DNA of 64,000 nucleotides from Octopus sinensis (taxonomy: Eukaryota), in NCBI RefSeq assembly GCF_006345805.1, contig NC_042998.1:191084001-191148000 (forward strand), in the 5' to 3' direction. A program made the position numbers and the translations under genes. Of the stretch, positions 30,462 through 42,329 are shown in pieces (positions within the stretch are counted from its first letter, which is position 1; each line of letters begins with the position of its first letter). The notes beneath the pieces are model-generated. The model saw nothing but the letters and a program-made list of their open reading frames with translations, ran no database searches and was not told where the DNA came from.

Positions 30462-30764
30462 GATCACGTGGACCGACCAGACCATCAGATGCTGTTACAC
30501 ATCGCTGGTCACAATGCGTTCGCATTGTTTTAGCCTTCGAATGACGCCACCCCGCTGGCTAAGCGAGCAGGCCAACAGAAGAAAGAGTGAGAAAAAAATG
30601 TGGTGAAAGAGTACAGCAGGGATCACCACCCCCTGCCGGAGCCTCGTGGAGCTTTTCAGGTGTTTTCGCTCAATAAACACTCACAACGCCCGGTCTAGGA
30701 ATCGAAACCGCGATCCTACGACCGCGAGTCCGCTGCCCTAACCACTGGGCCATTGCGCCTCCAC
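30462..30764 (-). mobile_element. Full-length tRNA-derived SINE (probably octopus OR-type), 303 bp
   Basis: Minus strand starts GTGGAGGCGCAATGGCCCAGTGGTTAGGGCAGCGG (A box), B box GTTTCGATTCC; TSD-like TGTATA(TA)TCAATGT at 30449-30461 and 30765-30779; close copy at 56276-56588. Confidence 0.92.
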
Positions 30765-31125
30765 TGTATATATCAATGTATGAGTACAAATATATTTTAT
30801 CTGTAATTGCAATTATATTTTGATCTTTAAAAAAAATTGAAACGACAGCGTTTCAGAACTTCTAAACGTAAAACCGTACTATATAAGTACTATCACTATT
30901 GAATACAAATTACTTTCACTTTTTTTTATTGTGTATATTAGAGCCGTATGTCCTTTAGCATTGTATTCTATTGTTGTAACCGCTGACTTACTGAAGTCTC
31001 CCAATTTTTGTTTCCTTCTTGTGCTTTGTTGTTGGAGATAAAAAAAAAATGCAGTTGTGTTATTTACTTACAATTTCAAAAGACGTCATTTAAAAGTAAA
31101 GATATTTCACATAAACATTGATATT

Positions 31126-31216
<91 letters not shown>

Positions 31217-31305
31217 GTCTGTCTGTCTGTCTGTCTGTATGTATGTCTGTCTATATACATACATACACACACACATATATACATATATATATAGATTCAC
31301 ATTAC

Positions 31306-31338
<33 letters not shown>

Positions 31339-31392
31339 TATATGTGTATGTATTGTATATATGTATGTATTGCGTGTATACATATTGTATAT

Positions 31393-31454
<62 letters not shown>

Positions 31455-31631
31455 ATATTATATATACACACACAGACACACATATATATATTACGGAGAT
31501 ATACTTGCATAGCAAGTGATTTGATCTGAGATCGTGTGCTGGAACGAAAACAATTGCAACGTGGAAAGTATTTATAAACAATTTAAGAAACACACAAAAG
31601 CCGTTCGATTCACTTCAACTTTTAGGTTTAA

Positions 31632-31680
31632 TTGTCAAAATATTTTCGTCGCTATAAGACCGCGACCTGTTCACTGACAA
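31632..31680 (-). ncRNA. Minimal hammerhead-ribozyme-like motif, G3:C8 core variant (left arm)
   Basis: Minus strand: UUGUCA / GUGAACA / G / GUCGC-ggucuuaua-GCGAC / GAA / AAUAUU / U / UGACAA. Confidence 0.55.
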
Positions 31681-31704
31681 AAATCAGAGATGCAGCACGG
31701 ATTT

Positions 31705-31753
31705 TTGTCAGTGAACAGGTCGCGGTCTTATAGCGACGAAAATACTTTGACAA
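31705..31753 (+). ncRNA. Minimal hammerhead-ribozyme-like motif, G3:C8 core variant (right arm)
   Basis: Same layout as the left arm, but the helix III segment is AAUACU (one substitution breaks the palindrome). Confidence 0.5.
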
Positions 31754-32248
31754 ATTAAACTTAAATGTTGAAGTGAATCTAACGGCTTTTGTGTATATAT
31801 ATATTATAACAGGTAAAATATGATACATATTGAAGGCTAATATATATATAATCGTTAACTTATGTATATTTTATATCACCAAATGATACGAACTGAATTT
31901 ATTAATTAGTATTTCCCACACTTGCTGAAATTCCATGTGGTTTAATTTCTAGCAGGTATCACAGGAACAAGTAATCAATTTGAATTAACATTTTCTTCCC
32001 CCCACCCCTAAAAAAAAACAAGCAAAAAAAAAATGATAAATTTTCAAACTGTGCACTTACTCCTCCCCATTTCAGAGTTTTTCGTGTGGTGGTTTCTCAG
32101 AAACACTTTTGGAAATGCACTAGATTTTCCATTTAAGATATTCCATTTTGATTATATCATATTAGTTGATGACAAAATTTACATGTCCCGCCTTGAAAAT
32201 ACGTCCAAATTTGAAATAAAACGATTATTCTGCACACAAACTTAAATT

Positions 32249-32314
32249 AATCATCTAAAAGGATTCTATGAAGCAAAATAAAAATCATCTAAAAGGATTC
32301 TATGAAGCAAAATA
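32249..32314 (+). repeat. 34-bp direct tandem duplication
   Basis: AATCATCTAAAAGGATTCTATGAAGCAAAATA occurs at 32249 and 32283. Similar small duplications: 12 bp x3 at 21393-21429, period 29 at 44997-45051, period 31 at 50022-50078. Confidence 0.93.
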
Positions 32315-32881
32315 CAAAAAATGATGCTGGGCAAGGAATTTTTGAGTTGATTAATTGTAGTACAACTAATATTTGGCTATTGCTGGCAATATTAGTGCAG
32401 CTTAAAGGGTCCCCCCCCCCACCGAGGAGATCAAATAAAGATCGAAACCACACGGTACGGTGGTCCTGAAGCCAGGGTGGCATGAATTATCTCCTGCTTG
32501 CAATAAATATCGGGTGCAAGAAGAGCATTAAAAAAGAACGAGTCCAATTGAGCTGGCGTGTATGAAGTGAAAGCCTTAAGGCAGGAACATAAGAGATGGA
32601 CATAAGTATATATATATATATATATATATTTAAATAAAGTAAACAAACAGAGTATGTGTTGCGCTACATGGACGTATCAAAAATTGAACAGAAAGAACAT
32701 CAAGGAGGAAAAGTTAGACGAAAGCAGAGCAAACGGGAAACTAGACGAAAACTTAACGGGCAAACGTGTCTTTGTCTAAAATTTCTGTCCGTTAAGTTTT
32801 CGTCTAGTTTCCCGTTTGCTCTGCTTTCGTCTAACTTTACCTCCTTGGTGTCGTTTCTGTTCAAGCCCTCACACACACACA

Positions 32882-32928
<47 letters not shown>

Positions 32929-33479
32929 CGACGTACATGACATTGTGTGTGTCTGTGTATGTGTAGTGTTATTCAATCTCTTCCTTTCCGGAGACAGTAA
33001 AGGAAAAATCTGATCGAGAGGAAATTTGGCTACTATTTCTTGAGTATGAAGTAAGCACGCTAATACATCTTTATTAAGTCATGAGTAAGCCAGAGATTGC
33101 AGAATGCTGTATCATGAGTCATTACGAAACAACTGAATCGTGTTCTGTCTATTGATGTTTAGATGTGATACTGCGTCAATGTACATTGCGAGTAGTGCTC
33201 CAATGTGTTGTTATTTGAGCAACTGATCAGGCGGAAAATTATTTTCTCTCTGCAGAAACTTGTAGGCCAAACTTTTTAAATAAAAAGTTTATTAATGTAT
33301 ATCATAATACATACATACATGCATGCATGCATTCGTACATACATACATACATACATACATACATACATACATACATACATACATACATACATACATACAT
33401 ACATGCATGCAGTCATTCAAACACAAACACAATTTATAATTGTTTGTGTTTGTATGTGTGTATGTGTATCTATCTATTA

Positions 33480-33581
<102 letters not shown>

Positions 33582-33819
33582 AAAGGTATCTAAGGCTCTT
33601 AGCTTAGACTTTTTGGGAGGCAACCAGATCGAACCGTCTCACGTGTAACTGCCCGAAACGGCTGTGACTTCTGGTACTTGACTGTGGAAAGAAGCCCACG
33701 AATGACCCGTATTTTATGCCTGTCCTAATTGTTGTCTCCCTTGTCCGCCTTTGTATCGTTTATCTATCCGAATGTTTTATTGTCCTCTATTGCGTTTTTT
33801 GTTCCATTTTTCGACTACA

Positions 33820-34665
33820 AGGGACCAACAGAGTGGAAAACACAGGAGTGATGATCTGACACCATCAGAAAGCCGAAATTCGTCCCTGAAATCCCGGAGA
33901 TCATCAATAATGATCGCAGCGAGTCGATGCTTGCCATTGCACGGGGAGAAAGGTGTGGATGAAAAACTCAACAGGTTGGTGGGGCATAAGGACATTCGTT
34001 ACATTTCATATAAAATGAGGAAAGGAAGCTGATTAATAAGTTGAAACACTAGCTGGAGCCAGACATGCTGTGGTTCTTCGGCGAGAAGAATTTATGTCAA
34101 GACCAGAAGATCCACTCTTAGGGCAACAGGTGGCCCGCTGTCTCACACAAGGACGTGCCCAGAGTCATGTACACGAAATTTCCAGAGACAATCATGGTCC
34201 TCGGTGTCATCAGTGGTGAGGTGACGTCATGTAACCCTAATTCTTCCCTGAGCGCCTATGCTGAACACTGAAGGCTAAATCTGTGTTCTGAGTGAAATGG
34301 TGAAGCCCTGGATTGACTGGGTAGCTGGGTCGGCTGGATGAGCCATACACTGAGGCCGTTCATGCGGCAGCAAGACTCTGCTCCCTGCTACACCATGCGA
34401 AAACCCATGCGGGGATGTCGGAGAATTTCTTCCATCACACAGCACCTAACGTTATGTCTTTCAACTCGCTTGAGTGCAAATCCGTCGACTTGTTTGTGTA
34501 AGACACGCGAAATGAGGGACTAACAAATCCAGCTGCATCACGAATGACAAGTTGAGGGCCAGGATTACCAGGGCCTTCAGGGACCAAAAACCGGAAAGTG
34601 TGACGAAGGCCTACGTCTAGTTCCAAGGTTGCCTGAAGGCTGCCATGGAGTGAAATCGACAGAAC
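33820..34665 (+). pseudogene. Decayed Tc1/mariner-superfamily transposase, DD37D/maT-like
   Basis: Across frameshifts: KPKFVPEIPEIINNDRSESMLAIAR, EKGVDEKL..HKDIRYISYKMRKG, KLINKLKH*LEPDMLWFFGEKNLCQDQK, DVPRVMYTKFPETIMVLGVIS.E, VKPWID, QQDSAPC, SLECKSVDLF. Multiple stops; first catalytic Asp lost; TIRs not found. Confidence 0.85.
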
Positions 34666-34724
34666 ATGTCATGAAGCCAAACTCTTCCCTCCGAAGCACA
34701 AGTCCGGGCAAAATTATTTATGGA

Positions 34725-34943
34725 AGACCACCAGTCAGTCATGTATACCAGCATCCTCTCTCCACGCCAATGATGTTATCCAAGGGAAAGGCAACGACCG
34801 ATACATCCTGGCACCAATGGCGTCATTTCTGGAGCAACGTGAAATAAAGCGTCTTGCTCAAGACACAACCCGGTCCGGGTATCGACCTCATTACCTCAAG
34901 ATTGTGAGCCCCACGCTCTAACCACTTAGCCATGTGCCTTCAC
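34725..34943 (-). mobile_element. tRNA-derived SINE (same head type as 47722-48046, different 3' body)
   Basis: Minus strand GTGAAGGCACATGGCTAAGTGGTTAGAGCG (A box), GTCGATACC (degenerate B box), then TCTTGAGCAAGACGCTTTATTTCACGTTGCTCCAG shared with the 47.7-kb SINE. Confidence 0.85.
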
Positions 34944-35007
34944 ACACACACACACACACACACGTATATATTCATATATATATGTATATATATATATGTG
35001 TCTACGT

Positions 35008-35051
35008 AGACACATACAGAGAGATTGATAGATACACAGACAAATGGAAGG

Positions 35052-35082
<31 letters not shown>

Positions 35083-35139
35083 CATATATATATATCCTTC
35101 CATTTGTCTGTGTATCTATCAATCTCTCTGTATGTGTCT
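35008..35139. repeat. Perfect 45-bp inverted repeat around a (TA)n spacer
   Basis: 35008-35052 is the exact reverse complement of 35095-35139; 42-bp TA-rich spacer. Confidence 0.95.
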
Positions 35140-35154
35140 CTGTCTATATATGTA

Positions 35155-35194
<40 letters not shown>

Positions 35195-35220
35195 CCAACA
35201 CACACACATGAAAATATATG

Positions 35221-35251
<31 letters not shown>

Positions 35252-35325
35252 CTTGGTGTATGTATGTGTGTATGTGTGTGCGTATGTGCGTTTGTGTCTC
35301 TATACAAAAACAAAGAGAGAGAGAG

Positions 35326-35357
<32 letters not shown>

Positions 35358-35872
35358 AAAGAGGGTGTAGAGAGATGGAGGAGACAGCAACGTAGAAAAT
35401 GACAAAATGTGGTAACAAGCCGAGGGTAGAGAAGAGTTGCTCCCCCTCCCACTAAAAAAAAAACAAACAAGCAAGCAAAACAATTATAAGAACGAAACAA
35501 ACAGCAGACGAATATCTCTGCTCTGCTTGATGGTTGTTAATGTAAGGCATCTGAAAGAAACAGTGGGGAAATAGATTCCCTGTCATGTATGCCGGCTCCT
35601 CTTGCAACATCAATTTCTCCACTTACAAATCGATCAGAGTGGAATGGTACGAGGGAGAAGAAAGGAGTAAGAATGATTGCAAAAAGTGTGTGAGTTTGTG
35701 CGCGCGCATGTGTGCATGGAAGACAGAGAAAGGAGGAGATAGTGAGTAAGGGGGGGTTGGAGAGAGATGAAGAGAAAAAGGTGAGACTGTGAGATGGAGG
35801 AATGTAGACGGTGTTATTGTGATAACTGGAGAAAGATGGAGGTGTTGAGAGAACGAGAGACAGAGTGAAAAG

Positions 35873-35911
<39 letters not shown>

Positions 35912-35952
35912 TATATATATAATATATATATGTATATATATATATATATAGT

Positions 35953-35995
<43 letters not shown>

Positions 35996-36277
35996 AGAGA
36001 GAGAGAGAGAAAAGAGAGAGCGAGAGAGAGAGAGAGAAAGATAGTGAGAGGGGTGGACGGAGTGAGCTGAGTGATTGAAAAAGGAGGAAGGGATAAAGTT
36101 AGACAAGGTGGGAGGCAGTATGTATTCCCTGAAACAGAGTCTAAGCTGGCAACCTCTTCGTCAAGGTACTCATGACTAAGAGAGCAACCACTGCAGATAT
36201 TGCATGTATATGCTGCAAAACCGACTGTTTCGCCTACGGCGTCGACTGAGGGCAAAATAGCAGTAACGTTATATGTG

Positions 36278-36314
<37 letters not shown>

Positions 36315-36362
36315 AAACTACTACTACTAAAATTACTACTACTACTATTACTACAACAACAT

Positions 36363-36399
<37 letters not shown>

Positions 36400-36485
36400 A
36401 ACAACTACTACTACTACTACTATTACTACAAAAACTAAAACTAAGACTACAACCAAAATTGCTACTACTATACTACTACTACTAC
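36278..36485. repeat. (ACT)n compound trinucleotide microsatellite
   Basis: Source of the poly-Thr and poly-Val ORFs. Confidence 0.96.
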
Positions 36486-37149
36486 TGCTGCTGCTGTTGT
36501 TGCTGTGTTATTAAAGTCCTACGAATAACGCAACATCGGTATTCACTTGGTGTCTAGTTTGAATTAAATTAATGAGTCATAGCGTTGCGACATGCATCCG
36601 TTTCCCAATTAGGTGTCAGAGAATCAATTAAAAGTGAGTTCATATAAATGCTACATTGCTATTGCTTGTTCCGTATTTCCTGGAAGAAATATCATTCTAT
36701 TTATTGTTTAGTTTTGAGGCGCGTGTCACGCTGTCAGTTACAATCATCTCCTCTAATTTTTAGAAGTTTATGTGTAATGCCTAATTTGGAATATGAAGAT
36801 GAAACCTTTACCCTTACATACACAATACATACACACATACATGTAACGAGAACTACGTTATCCAAAGTGTACTCCTTTTAAGTGCTAGATCTAGAGGAAT
36901 GCTCATAACTTTGCTGGCCCTTCAAGACATGTGAATTTCATCCAGTTAATATTCCTTTTAACGTATAACAGATTGAAGACAAGAGGACGGGGAGTGTCAC
37001 GGTAGTAGTATGTTAAATGGTCAAGTGACATGAAAGCGACCAGTTGTGGATGGTAGTAGTGATTGAATTCCTGAAACATCTCTTTTGAATGTTTTGTTTA
37101 TATCTAAACAGCAATAGCGGTAAAGTGGTTCGTTGTGAATTATAGCAGT

Positions 37150-37532
37150 GATTGGGACTGTTTTCTTTTTAATGAATTCGTGGGTATCTCTTGCGTGTAT
37201 GATTTTTAATATTTGCGTGTGTGTTTGTGTTATTTTAAGGCCATGGTGGATATGTCGTCTGTTGTACACGCGTTCAAATAATGTCTTTATATTGTAATAA
37301 AGATAGTCTCTGTACTAATTCGTTGGTTACAGCTTGGATTTTGTTATTGGCCCAAATGTCTATGTGTTGGCTGAATGCTATTTTTCTGCTTTGGGGAATT
37401 TCGATCTAGGATCTGTGTTCAGCCATTCTTTTACGTAGACTGTTTTTCTTGTATGTCTTTGTATTGCGCTTGACACCCAGAGCAGGTTAGTGCGTACATC
37501 GGGTTCCCCGAAGCACATGTGAAGTTGCTTTT
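37150..37532 (-). pseudogene. Decayed GIY-YIG endonuclease of a Penelope-like retroelement
   Basis: Minus strand across frameshifts: KSNFTCASGNPMYALTCSGCQAQY / SLRKRMAEHRS*IEIPQSRKIAFSQHIDIWAN / ARDTHEFIKKKTVP, matching the PLE pattern FTC..N..Y...C..C...Y...L..R..EH...I. Confidence 0.78.
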
Positions 37533-38157
37533 CAGATCTTCAGAAAAATATTGTAATTAGTTCAACATTATGTATGAGCAGAGGTCATTTCACAATGTGA
37601 AAACACATAACGATTATGGCATGTATTAGTCAGTGAAACGTACATGTATTAGTGAAACAAGTAAGATTAAGTAATTCATAATATAATAAACACAAAATAA
37701 GTAACTCTTCTATTAGTGTTGGACGTAACATTCCTTCTTGCTCCTGTTTGTTGTAGGCCACGCTTGCAACGACATTGTTTACCGGGTACAATTACCGATT
37801 TTGCTCGAATAACATGGGTGATGTGGAAGGAATCCACAGGCATAAATAGACAACTGTTGGTCTTCGAAACTCTTCAGGTGTCCATCTATAGATTCGCCTG
37901 AAACACACGCACAAAACTGAACATTCGTGCGTACATGTTTGTGTGCAGTAATATATACCTACAGACGGACGTACCCTCAAACACACAATACACATATGTG
38001 TTTGTATGTTGCAAGATATAAATAATGCAACTAGCTTTGGTAATATGCCTTCATAAGAATATGAAGATGTGGCCCCTATCGCTGATAAATACTTAAACAC
38101 GCGTATGCGCACACAACACACATAACATGCACGTATAAACATGCATACATGAATACA

Positions 38158-38191
<34 letters not shown>

Positions 38192-38562
38192 CGCTTTTAT
38201 AAAGATAACTAAATAAAAGCTTGGGTAGTTTTGATGCTGGCTATGGTGATGATGATAATGAGACGGAGGATTTTGAAGCTGATGATGGTGAGGATGATAT
38301 ACATAAGGTAACATTGGTGATAATGGTGGTGGTGGTAGATGGTGGTGATGATGATGATGATGATGATGATAAAAGAGTTGGAGCATGAAACTGATGTTAG
38401 AGAAGAAGGCGGGGGATGATGTTAATGGAGGTGTTATTGATGACGAAGATATTGATACTGCTGATGATGATGATGATGGCATTGCCTACGGTGGGACATG
38501 ATGTTCTCTATCGAGAAGCTGAGAGTATTTATGGTCCTTCCCTACTGCTTTTTTCCCCACAG

Positions 38563-38571
38563 GCGTAGCAG
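38563..38571 (+). other. Candidate 9-nt microexon
   Basis: CCTTCCCTACTGCTTTTTTCCCCACAG|GCGTAGCAG|GTAAGC: strong polypyrimidine 3' splice site with a TGC motif, strong donor, length divisible by 3. Confidence 0.35.
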
Positions 38572-38754
38572 GTAAGCATCTTAGAGAGACCAACTCTTGT
38601 GCAGCACCCGCACGCACGCATGCACGCGCGCACACACACACATGTACATCACGCACATATACACACACAAATACGCATCCTTATAAAGAGTTCCATGTAG
38701 AAGTCCATGTTTACAAAAACGCACATGCATGTGCAGAAACACAAATACGTATTC

Positions 38755-38785
<31 letters not shown>

Positions 38786-39249
38786 TGTATGTATGTATGT
38801 ATCTATTTATCTGTCTCTCTATCTATCTATCTATCTATCTATATATCTATCTATCGATATATCTATCCGTATGTCTGTCTATTTGCCTCAGAATATATGT
38901 CAGTTCACATATGCATACTCATTTTATGCAGGGACATATACACTCAGTAGTATACAATATATAACGCGCACGCACACACACATACACTTATATGTGTACG
39001 TGCGTGTGTTTACTTATATATATATACATGTATCTATACTTTATATATGTGCGTGCATATATTACATATTTATAATTTCGTGTTTCTACCTCTGCATGTA
39101 TATGTGTGTAGGCTTCTAAACCACATGCATATATAATGCTGAGGGCAATTTTGATGTTCTCTCTAGCATGATAGAAATACATTTTCGTGTGGATACTTAT
39201 GTACGGTTATGGAGTATATATATTTTTATCTTATATTATATTATTATAA

Positions 39250-39972
39250 TTATTAGGGAATATTATTTCCGAATACACAGGAAAAAGACATTCAAATTAG
39301 ATGTGCTAAAATGAACATCTCTCAATGTTTAATTCGTATATATAAAGTAATTTGATAGACAGAACCACCTTCAACTCAATCAACACTGAAAAACGTTAAA
39401 AATTAAATCTTATACTAACTAAATCTATTCTGAATCCTGTATTTTCCGTTTATAACACTACATGTTTCCTGAAAGTACATCGGTATTGATTAGATACGAG
39501 GTATCTAGTTTCAATACTTACTCGGGTCGACATACTTCCAATCTTCAGATCTGGATTCCTCAACATTTTCCACTACCATGATACTTCCATGATACGCTAT
39601 ATCTTCAATATAATATTACTCAACATGTACAAATGAATAGAAATACCAATAATAAATAATAAACAATGATAATGACTGAATATTAAAAAGTATATAAATA
39701 TATAAGAGGTAGGGGTAGTGAAAAATGTTGAGGAATCCACACCTGAAGATTGGGAGTACGTCGACCCAAGTAAGTATTGAAACTAGATACCTCGTATTTA
39801 ATCAATATCGACGTACTTTCATGAAACACGTGTAGTATTATAAACGGAAAATACAGGATTCAGAATAGATATAGTTATTATAAGATTTAATTTTTAACAA
39901 TTTATGGAGTGGTCGAGTATAAAATCTTTCAGTATTGATTGAGTTGAAAGTGGTTCTGTCTCTAAAATTACT

Positions 39973-39978
<6 letters not shown>
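39250..39978. mobile_element. Family B repeat as an inverted pair (left 39250-39577 +, right 39714-39978 -), 136-bp spacer
   Basis: Right arm is the reverse complement of about 39337-39577, with scattered substitutions and a roughly 27-bp indel; a third copy lies at 20712-21065. Confidence 0.88.
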
Positions 39979-40019
<41 letters not shown>

Positions 40020-40499
40020 TGTGTGTGTGTGCGTGTGTGAGTGAGGTGTGTGTAAATTTGCGGCTAATGACTTAACGTAATACTTATTATATCTCTTCGA
40101 CGAGAACTGATAACTGCTAAGGTATTTTACTATGTATTTTACTTAATTATTTCTCTCTGGAGGTGGAATAGTTGGCTTTTATATGGAAAACTATGGTCAT
40201 TGAGAAGCAGCTTTGAGAGAATTTATGCATAACTTCCTAATCCCTTATTTTCTGTAACAACTCGGCAATTATGTTTGAATTATAAATGACATACTCTGAA
40301 ACAGTTTCCCTCAACAGGCGTTATATGACACTTATATACGACACTTTGGGGTCCATATATGATTTTGCTGTTAAATTTTAGGTACAGTAAATTGGTTGTA
40401 ATTTTACAGTATTTAATTTTTTTTTACACAGTAATATTTAATTATAAAAATTCAAAACCGTTATTTATACATTGAATGGCCATGGAAATCCAGTGAGGG

Positions 40500-40536
<37 letters not shown>

Positions 40537-41084
40537 TATATATATATATGTATATATATATATGTCTCTTAAAGAGACACGTTATATTTGGACACATGAC
40601 AAATGTCTATGCATTTTCCGTGTGCAAACGTTCGAAGAAGTGCTCGTAAGATGTCTTAGAGTTAACATATTCATTTTACAAAGAAATATTACTTTATTAC
40701 CTGAACGAACATAATATGAGTATTTAATAGAATATATATTTTAGACGTAGTACAGTATATTATTGATATAACATATTTATACGTGTTTGTCCCAAATATA
40801 TTATTGTATACATAGTGATTGTAAGTGAATAAACATATTTCTTTGACTGTTGTTCGAACAATTCGCAGTAAAACTAATGAGAAATTAAACAATATTTATA
40901 GCTTGACTTGTCTTTCTATAATATAGTATCGGTTGTGTTTTTGCCTTTTTCTAGATACCGTACAGAACTTATATATCATTCTTTATATCTGTTTCAGATA
41001 TAATTATATATAAATATATGGATAGACATGAGCGCGTACGGATATAAATATGCATTTATGTATATTTTGATATTTACAAACATA

Positions 41085-41144
<60 letters not shown>

Positions 41145-41664
41145 TGTATGTATGTATGTATGTATGTATGTATGTATGTGTATACACATATACACACACA
41201 TATATATATATAGAATTTGCATATGGGTTTAAAGATAAACATAGTCAGATATATGCATATATGTATGAATTTGTGTAATATCGGAGACTAAAGGACTGTA
41301 CTTTCATAATCCAATCATAAATCGATAATTAACAGCCACAAGCAATATTGAGACAACACCATTACTCTCTTTTGCAAACGTGCAAAACATTTAAATTCAA
41401 TTTTTATCTTATACGGCCTAGCTTATTTAAAATCAAAGAACTGGAAAGTGCATCATTCGGCTATGTCAACGAACTTTTACTTTAGAAAAACAAAAAGAAA
41501 AGATAGAAAATCAAAATATCTATAATTTTTAGATTTATTTCATTTGTTATGCATCCAAAACTATGTTTAAATTTCCCTTAAGAGATATGTGTTGAAAGGA
41601 AACATAACATATTGTATGTGCATATGTGTGTGTGTATATATACATTTATGTGCGTGAATACGTA

Positions 41665-41708
<44 letters not shown>

Positions 41709-42329
41709 CATATACATATAGATATACATATACATACACACACATACATGTATATATGTATACATGTAGATAATATGGTAGTTGCTTTTTTATATTCATA
41801 AGTATTTAGTAACAACAAACATAGATTATAAGTCTTCTCTCTCCATATATTTACATATATACATAAATATATACAAAGATACAGCTGTATTTACACATGC
41901 TAACAACTCAAACATATACATATATATTCATTCGAATATGATGATTGACTTCGTTGTCACTCCGAGTTCCTTAACAATCGCGTTTATAACATTCTGTGAA
42001 ATGAATACATTTACTCTTCAAGCCTGCATTGAGTAACCATCCCATCGTGTATTCATCATCATGATATATATATATATATATATTGTTAATAGCAGCGCTA
42101 TTCAGAATATAACTTGGCGAAAGTACGTCTTTAACATGTTAGGAACGCAGCACAACAACTGAAAATTCTGTTCAGGACCAGAAGATACTTCATTCTCTAA
42201 CAGGTTACTAATTATTTTCAAAGCTCAGACGAAGCCTACAACTAAGTATTGCACTCCACTCGCATATAGGACGGCACTGTCGCTGTATACACAGACTTCG
42301 TAAGAGCGCCAGTAGAAAAGGGATACCCA

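Larger units (their letters stand above)
31592..31794. mobile_element. 203-bp near-perfect palindrome (foldback / inverted pLTR-like element)
   Basis: Arms 31592-31685 and 31700-31794 with a 14-nt loop; the inner roughly 50 bp of the arms differ at one position. Confidence 0.93.

Noticed and set aside
35623-36514. 277-aa poly-Val and 104-aa poly-Thr (mucin-like) ORFs
   Set aside because: Stop-free read-through of an (ACT)n tract and adjoining (TA)n/(GA)n; no splice or domain support.
38093-38482. His/Pro/Ser-rich ORF (transcription-factor-like low complexity)
   Set aside because: It derives from a decayed (GAT/GGT)n tract fused to an (ACAT)n microsatellite.
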